Shown: one piece after another, positions 25,709 through 37,942 of the stretch
Layout of the letters: the number at the start of each line of letters is the position of its first letter
Numbering within the stretch: position 1 is the first letter of the stretch
From: Callorhinchus milii
Lineage: Eukaryota
Direction of reading: 5' to 3'
DNA length: 64,000 nt
NCBI RefSeq assembly: GCF_018977255.1
Contig: NW_024704744.1
Coordinates: 46,190,001-46,254,000 of the forward strand
Position numbers and translations under genes: made by a program
Notes under the pieces: model-generated
Told to the model about the DNA's origin: nothing
The model's database searches: none
Seen by the model: only the letters and a program-made list of their open reading frames with translations

Positions 25709-25839
25709 ATGGAATATATAGATTTCACCATTCCCCCTCCCCTTCATCAAAAAACAAACATTTTGCATCCATCTGCCTCATAGCAATTTGAGAACAATTT
25801 AAAGCTGCAATCTAATCTTTGAATTTGTATGGTGTCATC

Positions 25840-26232
25840 CTGCCTCAATTTGTAATATTCTCACCTCTGGGTCAACAGATTGTCAGAAAATTGTGGGTTC
25901 AAGCCCCATGTTGAGACTTTAAACCCACATAGTGTAGGCTGACACTTCGACATGGGGATGGTGGTGCATTGCATTATCAAAAGTGCTGTCCTTCCAATGA
26001 GGCATTAAACTGAGGTCCAGTCTGCCTAAAAGGGAAAAGAGTTTCTCCCAGTACTTGGCTAACAGATACAATTGGTCATTCACTTCATGGCTGTTTGTGG
26101 GTCATTGCTGTGCACACATGGCTGCCCTGTTCATTTCCAAAATACATAGTCACTACACTTTAAATAAATTCTGTGAAGCGTTTGAGATATCATTTTAATA
26201 TTAAAATTGCAATATCAAATGCAAGGATTATT
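25840..26232 (+). mobile_element. Deu SINE
   Basis: ttgtgggttcaagcccc head; cttcatggctgtttgtgggtcattgctgtgcac; caaatgcaaggatta tail. Confidence 0.85.
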
Positions 26233-26559
26233 TTATGAGTTCTTTATTGTGTAGGTGAACCTCCCAATTTCATTACTGCCTTGAAATTGTTTCTAGGTCT
26301 CCCATATTCCCTTTATAATCCTAATAATCATTTCATTTTGTATAACACCTTGTACCTAAGGTCTCTAAGGTCTTTTTAACACTGATGAGCATTTTAAGAA
26401 TAGGAATGCAAGACCTTTTAAAGAGTTACATTTGACTCATTGCTTCTAGAATATTTTCTTAAATTTTCTGAAGGTGACTTACCTACACATGAAGAAAGGG
26501 AAAACTCTGATGAAATACCACAAAGTGATGCTATTTTTATAGCGTCTCCAGGTTATTAG

Positions 26560-28300
26560 AGAATAAAATGGAACCAAAGAGCAAAGTGATGACATTGAGG
26601 GAGTCACGTGAATCCCTAACTGTTTGCTTAGGGTTTACGTGCATTTAGTTTAACGCCTTGTTTCATTCATTGCTCAGCGTAAACCAGAAATATTACCTCA
26701 CTCTGTAGAATATTTGTTAACCCTTACCCTGCTGAGCAAGCCAGCAGTGACCACAATGAACTTGTGCTTTATGAGGAATAGAAAAGGTAAAGGGAGTTGA
26801 AAATGAAAATAGAGCTGAAACAAATAAACAAGTACAGACATCGGTGTTTGGAAGTTAGGCCCCTGCAAAGGGAATATAAAGGTGCAACAGTTTTTTTTAA
26901 TTTGGCAAGTCTTCAAACGTAAATTTTGAAAAATCCTGCAGATGTATTTGATGCCGAAGTGTGTGTTTGCCTTTCCCTTGTTATAGTGTGTGTTTGTGCT
27001 CAGTACATGAATAAAGTATGTCTAGTTTTAATTAGTTTAAAAATATTACTCCAAGCCTGCTCTCTTGGGGATTCTGGCAACCATAATTCAGTTTCTTTTC
27101 TTTTTTATCTTTTCTGCTTCCATCACCCAGGGCTGTGTCTGAAGCTAAAGACANTTTTTTAATGAATTTTTCAGGGGGTTTCTTTTTTTTAAAAAAACAT
27201 TAATTATGGGCAGTAAGGCCAGGCCTGCTTCCTAATCCTGACCCCCAGCTATTGGCTTGGAGCATTAATCCAGCCTGGTGCTATGCAGTGGGATACAGGC
27301 CACGTTGGGGGCTGGTGGGAATGGGCAGGAATAAGGCAGACCTAAAGAATACCAAATAAAAGAATTTTGTATGTGATTTGCCACGGGGGTTGAAGTTTAA
27401 AGCCAGATGATAGGGGACGGTATTGTGGGGATAATCCAGGAGACTGGTGCAGCAGGCTACTTGAAGATGCTTCCCAGTGGAAGGTTTTGCTTTGCCTGCA
27501 AGGCCTGGCCTTGGTTTGATAACCCTCACAGGAGCATTGCACTCAGTTACCTGGGGCTGTTTATGCGGCTGGTGAAAGATTTTGATCTCCTTAAAGCCTC
27601 TAATTTAAGGACTTTTCAGACAAAAAAAAGCTAAAACCTTAATAGATTTTGGAGCGCAGCTCAGAGTGGAAAAGGAAAAAGGCGTTAATTATTTCTGGTT
27701 CTGATACTAATTAAATGGTGCAATTAATTCCTTTCCTTTTTATTCCAAGGGTCTGTTTTTTGAAGATACAAGAAAGAGATCAATAAAGAATGATACGGAC
27801 AAGTCGGATTTGGAGGACACAGTTTCAGCAATTGAACAGAGACAGTGAGAGAGAGAGAGAGAGAGAGAAAGGCTGAGTGATTTAAATGGAGAGTAATGCT
27901 TGTGAAAATATTGTAGTTTCTGTCACTGCCTCTTTGTGTTTCCAGAAACCTCCGGTTGTTATGTTTGACGTGCTTTTTGCTATTTGAAGCCTTTCTATTG
28001 TATCAATTCCGTTAATGTGTTGCTCGAATGTTTATCCATTTTGCTGTGAAGTGAAGAGTAAAAGATATTTGGGAATGGACTGCAAACAACTGAAGTGGTT
28101 CAGATGATGATATAAACTGGGAATGTAAAGCACGGGCAGTTTTTAACTGTCTTCGAAGCCCTCTGATCAAATTATATCTGTGAACGTGTCCTTGTCCATT
28201 ATTCGTTCAGAAAAAGCAATGTTGGAGGTTCTGGCACAGCACTGTGATGTGCTCCAAGGCTCTATAGCACACAATGGAGATGGATCGGTTCCTGCAATTT
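26560..28300. promoter_or_regulatory. Repeat-free block, candidate conserved non-coding enhancer/promoter
   Basis: About 1.7 kb without recognisable interspersed repeats; TAATCC at 27233, 27266 and 27432; several TAATTA/TTAATT sites; conservation not tested. Confidence 0.4.
27847..27868. repeat. (GA)11 microsatellite
   Basis: Direct reading. Confidence 0.95.
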
Positions 28301-28659
28301 AGCCACATATAGAACTTTTCTGTGCTGATACTGCCAGGCACTGAGGAGAGGCCAGAGTGCGTGAGTGAGTGAATTGGGGTGGGTGGGGATGGAATCTTCC
28401 TCAGATTGTAAGAAGGACAATCAGCAGGTGAGACCTATCCAGCTATTCTCACGCACCTCCCAGCAGCTGAACAAGAAACACAACTTGCAGAAAGGCCTGG
28501 GAACAACTCCAGACAGCAAGGTGTGGCTTAAAGAGATCTCAGAGCAGGAGCATTTCTTATATTCATTACCATTACATGTGAATGAAATGCAAACATGTCC
28601 ATATATGCTGGTCGTTTAGATTATATTTGAGCTGTTCTGTGGAATGATGACGGGCAGCA

Positions 28660-29310
28660 AACAACAACAACACAAATACATTTGTGAAGTGCCTCTCACG
28701 TCGGATGAACGTCCCAAGGCACTGACCAGTCGAGGATCAGGACCCTAGCGTGGGGGGGGAGAGTTGGGATGAGGGAGGGTGGAGAGATTCACAGAGAGGG
28801 AAGGAATGGCAAAGAGAGAGAAGAGCTAGCACAGTATGGTATTAGTCTGATGTACATTTTTTTTAAAGTTTGTATTTCTTCTGACTTACTATTTCATCAT
28901 CCATTTCAGAGGCAGATCCAATCTTTAAAACAATTAGCCTTTGATTGGCTAAAACGACTCAAATACGGGCTGCTCGTGGTAAGGCGGGTCGGGCGGGAGA
29001 CATGGAGCAGGCAGAACCTGCTGAACGGAGGGAGCGGACAGGTTGATAGCAGGTCAGAGACGTAGGAGGGGGCAAAGCCGTGGAGGGCCTTGAAAGTGAG
29101 GATGAGGATTTTAAATTCTATCCTCTGAGGGATGGGGACCAGTGGAGCCATGCGAAGGTGGGGCAGCAGAGAGGTCAAGGAGGATGAAGAGTCAGAGGGA
29201 GCCCTGGTCAGAGATGGACAAGATGTTGTTTGTGACTTTGACCAGAGCAGTTTCCGTACTATGAACAGCACAAAAACCCGATTGGAGGGGCTTGTAAAGG
29301 GAGTGGTAGA
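28660..29310 (-). mobile_element. L2 3' fragment interrupted by a foreign 182-bp segment
   Basis: (aac)n tail at 28660; reverse ORF LVPIPQRIEFKILILTFKALHGFAPSYVSDLL; 28783-28964 is non-L2. Confidence 0.9.
28783..28964 (+). repeat. 182-bp dispersed duplicate, copy A
   Basis: 178/182 identical to 36786-36967. Confidence 0.95.
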
Positions 29311-29389
29311 AGAGAATTTGATAGGTCATGATGTTAAATATAGCAATAAATAATAAGTGTTTGTTTTAATTTGGCTATATAATAATATA

Positions 29390-29711
29390 ATAATAATAAT
29401 CCTTGCATCTGATATAGCGCTTTTCACATCGGGAGGACGTCCCAAAGCACTTCACAGAACACACTGTAAAGTGAATTGACTATATTTTTGTGGGTAAACG
29501 CAGCAAGCAGCCAATTGTGCACAGCAATGTCCCACAAACAGTCGTAGATTGAAAATGACCAATTTATTATTGTTTTTGGCTTTGGAGGGATTATTATTAA
29601 GGCTTGTGGAGTAAGGAAACTTGCCCAAGGTTTCGCCCTCTGCCTGGAATTGAACTCAGGTCTCTCACTTGCAAAGCGAGTGCTCTAACCACTGAGCTAC
29701 AGGACTCCACG
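29390..29711 (-). mobile_element. tRNA-derived SINE, young short form, full length
   Basis: Highly similar to 44742-45071, 58736-59052 and 62831-63160. Confidence 0.95.
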
Positions 29712-29829
29712 ATATATATGTATAGATAGGTAGATATATATGTATCTATGGATATCATAATGGATATCTACAACTGTAATTTAATGGAGCCATAGATTCT
29801 AATCTGAGTTACAGATTACAGTCTGTACA

Positions 29830-30168
29830 ACTGGAGTCCCATAGCGTAGTGGTTGTCATGCTCACCTCACAAGCGAGAGGACCCAAGTTTGATTCCTTAG
29901 GCGAGTTTCCTTACTCCACATGCCTCTGTTTACCTCGCAGTAAGTAGGAATTTGTTTGTTAGTTGATTGGTGGATCACTTTCCGGAGGTAATAATCCCTC
30001 CAAAAAAATTAGTCACTTGATTCACGACCGTTTGTGTGACACTTCTGTGTGCAATTGGCTGAAGTGTTTCACCCGCAAAATGCACATTCAATTCACTTTA
30101 CAATATATTCTGTGAAGAGGTTTGTGGTGTGATAAGATGCTATATCAAACACAAGGATTATTATTATT
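29830..30168 (+). mobile_element. tRNA-derived SINE, long form, tRNA-Val-like head variant
   Basis: ggagtcccatagcgtagtggttgtcatgctcacctcacaagcgagagg head; gcctctgtttacctcgcagtaagtagg; aaggattattattatt tail. Confidence 0.9.
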
Positions 30169-30709
30169 GTAACTGTAATCCTTCAGTTTGATTATAATCT
30201 TAAAATCACTCTGGTATGTATTGTGTGTGATTCTTAATATTACATATTTTTTGGTTGTATGTGGGGCAGAGTTAATTCTATTATCATTTTGCTTTTGTCT
30301 CTGAGCCAGTCAGCAGCTTGCATACTACTGTCAGTTCATGTAGGAGAGTGTGAATGACATGTCTGACATAGGGCTTGAATCCACAACCTTCATACTCAGA
30401 GGTAAGAATGCTACCAACTGATACCAGGCTGATACCTAAATGTAGAAATCTTAATCTCTTGCTGGGAAACTCAATATAGAGTGATAGGTTGCAGATTCTA
30501 AAGGGTTAACATAATAATACTAACTGAGGCTCTGTCAGTTTAAGTCAAAATACCTCTATTGCTTCCATAATCTTGTTCTGAATAAAGTTCTTTCTCTTTG
30601 AAATCAATATATTTATTGTCCTTAAAATTGGGATTGGATAACAGAGGCTTGGTTGGAGTCTGTAAATACAAAACAATGCTTTTAATTATGTGAAAGAGCA
30701 GGAATTTAC

Positions 30710-30925
30710 GTGTCAGGTTCATGGTTGTGAAGGGCAAGTTTAGGACAGACACCAGGAAGTATTTCTTCACCCAGAGGTAATAAATAGGAGGGGGCTTAAG
30801 GCAGTGACTTGTTTAAGAAACAGCTTGGTGCTTTAAAGAAATGATGGTAAGGTGGATACTTTGAAAGAATGAGATCAAATGGGCCGAAGGGCCTCCTTTA
30901 TCGAAACCTTTCCTGCGATTTTGTG
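30710..30925 (+). mobile_element. CR1 3'UTR fragment
   Basis: ggacagacaccaggaagtatttcttcacccagagg; gagatcaaatgggccgaagggcctcc. Confidence 0.8.
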
Positions 30926-31344
30926 AATAAAGTGGTTAAAAGCTGAAGTCTTTCACACAGAAAATCAGTGTATTTTGTGAGCTGGTGGGTGACTGGTTTG
31001 AGAGATGCCAAGGGACTCGTTTTAAGCTGTGCCTGACAGTTTAGGTACTTACAATTGTTACACTACACCTGAAGGGAAATAAGGTTCTCAGCTAGTCCTT
31101 CTACAAAATCCCGAGAGAAGACTGTCTGCTCCAATTGGACTGAAAGTTGTTCTGTAATTCAGACATTTGTAAATAAAATGACTTGCTATCTTTGGCATGA
31201 AAACTACTGGTCCATGTTTCAATGCACACCTTTTCAGCAGCCTCGGGTAAAGTTCTTGTACGCACAGAATTAATGTTTTGAGGTCTATTTGAGTGGGCGT
31301 CATCTTTGTTTCTACCACCCATGATTGGTTCGTTCATCTCAGTC

Positions 31345-31632
31345 TAGCTCAGTTCAAGCCCCATGTTGGGATTTGGAATCTAGGCTGTCCAATGAAGTGC
31401 TGGGGGAAGGGGGGGTGGTGGGGGTTGCTGCTTTGTCGGAGGTGCCGTCCTTCGGATGAAATATTAAATTGAGGTTCCGTCTGTATTCAGGTGGATGTTA
31501 AAGATACCATGGCACTATTTGAAAAAAAGATAACTTATCCTGGATGCTGCGCTTTGCCTACAAAATACAAAAAATTCCTTTAGATGGCTCAATGACGTGA
31601 TAAGGCACCATATCGAATGGAAGGATTATTAT
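31345..31632 (+). mobile_element. Deu SINE, internally deleted
   Basis: gtcggaggtgccgtccttcggatg..caggtggatgttaaagataccatggcactatttgaa. Confidence 0.85.
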
Positions 31633-31894
31633 AATTATGGGATATGAAGTGACATAATCCGCCCCCCCCTCCCAATCATGTGCAGAGTTAAACACCTGAG
31701 ATTCTAAATCAAGGGGAGTTGAGAATGCTTTGCAATAGTTCTCGTAACATTTTTTGAGAGATTGATTTATACAGCCTGTTTAAAACTGTACCTTGAAGTA
31801 GTTACAGTACTATATAAATTACTATTGACCTGTCAACAGCAGTGAGAAGAATAAAAATTAGTGACTGATAAAAAAGACCAAACATAATCTCCCC

Positions 31895-32280
31895 CTTCCC
31901 ACATAAATACACATAAACAAACACTCTCACTTTCACACACATACGTATACACAAATAGACACATATACGAACACAAACATACATGTACACACATATAGAC
32001 AAACACATTTATAGATACAACAACAGCAACAACTTGCACTTATATAACACCCTCCACGCAGGGACAGAGACAAAGAGACAAACACTCATAAAAATGCACA
32101 CATATATAGACATTCACAGGTACAAATACTGAATACACATGCTTACAAATACAAATAAAGATGTATGCATACATTACATACATACACTCTCATACATATA
32201 CACACACACACAAATAAACAAACATATATACAAATGCACACATGAATAGACATTCACACAATTAAACATTCAAACACAGC
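31895..32280. repeat. Degenerate CA/TA-rich low-complexity tract containing a short reverse L2 tail (32017-32065)
   Basis: acacatacgtatacac..; caacaacagcaacaacttgcacttatataacaccctccacg. Confidence 0.85.
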
Positions 32281-33611
32281 TCCATGACACATGGAACTGT
32301 TACTATATTAATTTGCAGCTCAGTGTTACCTCCATTTCCTATCTTATTGTTGAGTGATCATGTTTCTGTACTCTTGTGAGATCACTCGTCTGGCTCCATG
32401 ATCGAGAACCACCTAGTAACAGAAGACTGTGCTTGCCACATGATTTACTGCCGAGGTGGTTGAGAACAATTGTTCTCAGACCAACAGAGGATCTTAGAAA
32501 CAAATCACATTACAAACCTGTCTTAATGGTCCTGAATATTTCTAAACATTACTGTGGTGGAGCAATACTTAAAGAATGCAGTGCAAAGGGAGTGGATTAA
32601 GTGCTGAATTACAAGTGGAAACTGGTCTGAATAGTGCTTGATCCATCCTGAGCTGAACTAACTTGGGAAAAGCCCATCTTTTGCTGATGGTACGATTGAG
32701 GAGGAGTTTCTTTTTCCCTCTTTTTTTCCCACAAAAGCCATTCACACCCACCATCATTCATTGTCCTGCAGCCATATATCTACACACTGTCAGGGATATG
32801 ACAATGCTGTCAGGTGCACTGCTAGTGCCACCAGGCAGATGGAAACTCAATCCTGTGAACAGTGACAAAGACAAAAAGGCATAAGGTCATCCATCACTAT
32901 TAGAGTTAATCAAACACAGAACATCCTACAGTCTCGGACAAACTGTAAAGCGGCAGAAGATTGTGGGATATTGAGGAACACAGCAAGAAGACATATTTGA
33001 GCCAGACTAAGGAGGAAATAATTACCAACCCTCTATAGTAGATATTTTTTCTCCTTTCCTCTTCTGTCAGTTAATTATGTGCAGATCACATTTGAAACTG
33101 AGAGAGCAATGAATGAGAACAAACCATTCATGGAAACAGGAAAGGTAGGCCATTCAGTCTGTCAAAACCTGTTCTTCCATTTAATTGGATCAATTAATTC
33201 CAACCAAATATACTAGTTATTGAGTTTTTTTTTAAAACAGGAATTAATTGACATTGTTTATATTATAGGCGGTGTGATGCTGTCCTTCCAACACATTATC
33301 ATTGTTGTTCTGTGGTTGGTGACTGAGAACGGACAAGATTGGTGTATCAGTTTATCCTCTAGAATGTTTTGCTCCAACAGCATTTAGGGGGTGAGCCTGA
33401 TGACTCTTGTCACAAGTGAGCATGAAACGATTGGTTGTCAGAACATACATAGGCCTTAAACCTGCGGCCTGTACAACAACAGCAGGATCAACAAAACTGT
33501 ACAGTCAACAAAAGTGTTATCATTTTGCTTATCATAAACAGCCCAAGGTAACAGAGTGCAATACACCTGTGAGGGTTAGCTTTATTTTGTATTTGGTTTT
33601 GAGTTTGTTAC

Positions 33612-33822
33612 ATCAGGAGAAACTCCTTTCTCTTTTTGAAATGTGCCATGGGATCTTTAATGCCCAGCTGTTAGACTCTTAGCTGAATGATAGCACCTCT
33701 AATAATGCAACACACCTCCACCATTGCATTGGAATGTCAGCCTAAACTGAGCTCAAAGTCCCAACAGAGGCTTGAACCCACAACTTTCTGACTCAGAGGC
33801 GACACTGAGTCAGACAGACACC
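33612..33822 (-). mobile_element. Deu SINE 5' half
   Basis: gtgccatgggatctttaatg; cttgaacccacaactttctgactcagagg. Confidence 0.85.
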
Positions 33823-35544
33823 TTGTTGTAATAGGAAGAACATATGGTGGGTATTCTGAAAGGATGAGATCTTCATCTGAACCTTTTGTGATCTTTTCAT
33901 TAACAGATCTGATTGAACTTTGAGGGACTGGCTGGTTATTATGTTAAATTGTGGAGGGTTACTTGCCAGGATTTAGTTTTTAATCCCTTGCTGACATGAG
34001 GGTTCACAGTTAACTATGTTTACGTGGCTTTAATCCAGTTCCCAGTGAATATAATGTATGTACAAAATGCTCTCAATTTGGCTCTCAGTCAGCAATGTCA
34101 CTCAATGAGAGAAGAAAATAGGAGCAATAGAAAATGTGAGAGGGATGTTTTTTCTGAGGCGAGATTGAGGTATGATGCCCTGACATTGGAGGGGATGTTA
34201 TTTTACATCTGACATGTACTTGCTCTTTCCAACTTGAATGATCTTGTAATCTTAATGATATTACTGGATGCAAAATCAGATTTTGTTTGTGAACCAGTTT
34301 TGCATTCTAGACGTGTGCTCAGACACACCACCCCACCCCACACAGTCACACCACACACATATTCAAATCACACACGCACAAACGTGCATGCAGAGACACA
34401 ATAATAAAAACAACACACTATCGTTTGTGCGAAAGGAAGGGATCTGCAAATTATTACATTTCATTTAAGAAAAAAATGTTCAACCATCTCTGCTTAATGC
34501 TGCTACACTAGCATCGTTTTAAAATGAATTTACTCAAAAAAAGTGTAATTACCATAATCAGTTATCCCAATTATTTGATTTGGCCGAGTGCCATTGTGGG
34601 CAATAGTAGTTCACTGCAGGTTAGAGAGCCAAAAAATACCATATCTAGGTCGCACACAAACTATAGGTAAATTGGGGCCTTGGTGATTTCTGGAATAAGA
34701 AAAGCATCCAGTATCACATGACCTATCAGGGCACCATTCATATTTGATCTCTGTCTTATACAGATTCTTACCCCACCTCCCCCTTGGCAAATGAATACAA
34801 TTTGGATCCTAATGCAGAATTTGAGACCAATGTTCTAGCAGCCTGGAGCCACAGGCAACTGTCAGATCTAGTGACACGCGGAGTATTAAAGGAGCATCCG
34901 TACGCACAGGCAATAAATATGACAAAGTGTGTATTGTTCAATTAACAGAGTAGCATTGACTTATTCATTGCTAAATATGATATTTCCTCCTCATTCCATC
35001 AACCCCACCACGTGCCCAAGCTCAAAAAATCTGACAAAGGTACCATTTTGTTAGCAATCGAGGATATGATGTGTGAATGTTCCGTTCCTCCACCTGAGGT
35101 AAACTGAATGCAAATCCCACCGAACAGTGTCAGCATTACTGTACTCAAAATATGCATTATGCAGTTCTACAGGGAAATCAAGCGCTTATATTTTTAAAAA
35201 AACACTTCTGGCTATAGATATCTTCAACTATTGTTGGCACACACATCTCTTACTAAAAGTAAATCGCCAAGCAAAAGTTCATTTACCCAATGAGTTTGTG
35301 CAATCCAAACAAAGTCACTGCTTTATTGCGTGAAGCCTCAGTCCATCACATTCACCTATTTCAATTGGATGAAATCAGTGGTAGTGGGGTCGAGGGAAGA
35401 GAAGCCGACAAGTTGTTGTATCCTGGGCATACTGAATATGTGTTGAGCTTTCGAATCACAAACACAATACAATTAAACACAATATAATACAGATTTATAT
35501 TTATATAGTGCCCTTCACATCTGGAGGGCACAACAGGTGCTTGA

Positions 35545-36132
35545 CTGTAACACATCATCCAAAGGACCACACTTCCAACAACACAGCACATCTGCAGCAC
35601 TGCACAGGAGTTAACCAGCGGTTTTCAAAGTGTAGGGGTCTCCCTCCCACCCTCTCGAGGAGGGGGCATGAGATGGTTTCAGGGGAGCCGGGGTGCATGA
35701 GGCGTGGGGTCAAGATAAACTGGAACAATCCGGTGGCTCAAACTCTTGCTCCCTTTGGACCAATCACAGCCCCACAGCTCCGGGAGCCTTCAGGTCAGAT
35801 GGTGCCAATGGAGAGTTAGGTGAGCCTTATTCATTAAGCAAACAACCAAGTTTGTGTGATATCTATATTAACATTGTAAGCAATACTTTTTATTTATTTT
35901 GTAAAATGGATTTAAAATGTTGTTTGCATTTAAAGTAAGGTACTCAACTTCTATGGATTTGTTGTGTGGAGGTCCTCAGTCAGAATGCCTAAAGTCATGG
36001 GCGGCCTTGAGCCTAGAAAGTTTAGGAACCCCTAGACTAGACTATATGAGCTCCAAGACCTAATATGGGCCTTAAACACACAACCTTCTGACTCAGTGGT
36101 GAGAGTGCTATCAGATGAGTCAGACTGACACA
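35545..36132 (-). mobile_element. Deu SINE 5' half split by a hAT element
   Basis: catcatccaaagg..cagcactgcacaggag before the insert; ctagactat..acaaccttctgactcagtggtgagagtgcta after it. Confidence 0.75.
35616..36034. mobile_element. hAT-Charlie type non-autonomous DNA transposon
   Basis: TIRs cagcggttttcaaagt / agtttaggaaccccta; right flank gactagac resembles the NTCTAGAN Charlie target; left flank gagttaac matches it at 5/8. Confidence 0.75.
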
Positions 36133-36425
36133 CTAAACAGGAAGGATTCTGCGACTCAAAGGTCTTACCTTCAAAATAACGACAATAAAAAATAGAAAAT
36201 GCAGAAAATTTTAACATTAAAACATTTGTGCAAATGATTTCCAGCATAGGTGGTGGAAAAAGGAACTTCAAAAGGTTTCAGAAAGGAACATTCCAGTTAA
36301 CAAAAACGATAATTAGACTGCAGATACAGAAAAGGAAAGAGTGAATTAGAAATAAAGTCAGAGAGATAGGAAACATAATTGACCAAGAGGGAGACAGAGA
36401 GAAAATGAAAGAAAAAAATGAGAGA

Positions 36426-36780
36426 TACAATCCAATACAAAATTACATTTGTATAGCGCCTTTCATGTCGGGAGGACGTCTCAAGGCACTGAACAATTAG
36501 GGATTTGGAGCTGAGCTGGGGGTCAGGATCGTGGAGGGTATGAGGATGGCCGAAGGTCCAGTCGAAGAGGAGGGTTTTGAGATGCGCCTTGAAGGAGGCA
36601 AGGGAGGGAGTGAGGCAAAGGGATTGTGGGATGGAGTTCCAAAGGGTGGGGTCAGAAAGGCTGAAGGCCCGACCTCTGATGTGCTGGCCGGGAGACATGG
36701 GGCAAGTCACAGCCTGCTGAGCGGAGGGAGCGGACAAGTTGATATGGGGTTCAGCAGGTCCAGAGGTAGGAAAGAGGAAG
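36426..36780 (-). mobile_element. L2 3' end
   Basis: Reverse RAFSLSDPTLWNSIPQSLCLTPSLASFKAHLKTLLF; tail aattacatttgtatagcgcctttcatgtcgggagg. Confidence 0.92.
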
Positions 36781-36785
36781 ACCAT

Positions 36786-36967
36786 AGAGATTCACAGAGA
36801 GGGAAGGAATGGCAAAGAGAGAGAAGAGCTAGCACAGTATGGTATTAGTCTGACGTACATTTTTTTTAAAGTTTGTATTTCTTCTGACTTACTATTTCAT
36901 CCTCCATTTCAGAGGTAGGTCCAATCTTTAAAACAATTAGCCTTTGATTGGCTAAAACGACTCAAAT
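36786..36967 (+). repeat. 182-bp dispersed duplicate, copy B (probable donor)
   Basis: 178/182 identical to 28783-28964; continues into unique sequence on the right. Confidence 0.95.
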
Positions 36968-37654
36968 GAAGTGTCAACAATGCAAAGTGTAACATGCTCA
37001 CAGCAGGAAAGTGACCATGTCAATCTTTGATCTGTAAAATCATATCAAAACAGGAAAGACAGCAGAGTAAATGGGTTGAATTTTGGAATGAATTAGATGC
37101 CCACCACTATTGTTGTTTAGAGATTTGTTTTACGGATGCTTCTATGTATAAAAATAATAAAAAATGATCCTTTCCTTTAGTTTAGCGCATTTCACTGCTA
37201 TTGTTCACTTATCCTATAGCAACACGTTGGCATTTCACAATGCTTCACAGGATTTTCTATAAAGTCTAATGACTGTGTATTTTGTTAGTTGAACGCAGCG
37301 GACAGTTTATGCAGTGTCTACAAACAGCTGTGAAGTAAATGACCAACTTCATTATATGTAAATTCAGAGATTGTGCCATTGTGCAGACAGAGCTAAACCC
37401 TCGATTGTCACAGCTGTACACTCCTCCTTATAGGGCTAAACAACACAAGATAAACACGTGATTCTTTGCTTGTTGACATACTTACCAAAGTTGGTAGCCA
37501 AGTCTGTCTTTTTTTCTCTGGTGGTTGTGTTCTTTTAATGGGAGAATCATTATGATGCAATCATATCATCAAGGTTGGTAAATTTACTGCTAAATAGCAG
37601 ATTATTGTTTTGTTATATAAATAATCTCATTATGGTATTCACATGATAAATGAA

Positions 37655-37942
37655 TTACATAGAACAGAAACAGGCCATTCAGTGAAACTAATCCATCCGA
37701 ATTACACCCGTTACTGGCATCTTATAGTTTAGGCTCACCAACAAGTGGAAACAGCCTATTAACTTTATTGAATCCTTATAGAATTTTAAACACCTCTATC
37801 AAGTCCCCTCTCAATCATCTCATCTCCAGAGAGAAAAGCTCAAACCTGTCCAATCTGTCTTGATAGCTTTATCCACTCATGCCTGGTAATAACCTAGTAG
37901 ATCTACACTGTACTTTTTCCAATGCTACAATAGCCTTCTTGT
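37655..37942 (-). mobile_element. CR1 3' fragment
   Basis: acatagaacagaaacaggccattcag; aattttaaacacctctatcaagtcccctctcaatcatctc is the reverse of RLRGDLIEVFKI. Confidence 0.85.

Noticed and set aside
28100-28170. C/D box snoRNA (ATGATGA at ~28104, CTGA at ~28163)
   Set aside because: There is no convincing terminal stem or internal C'/D' boxes, and I recognise no antisense rRNA guide.
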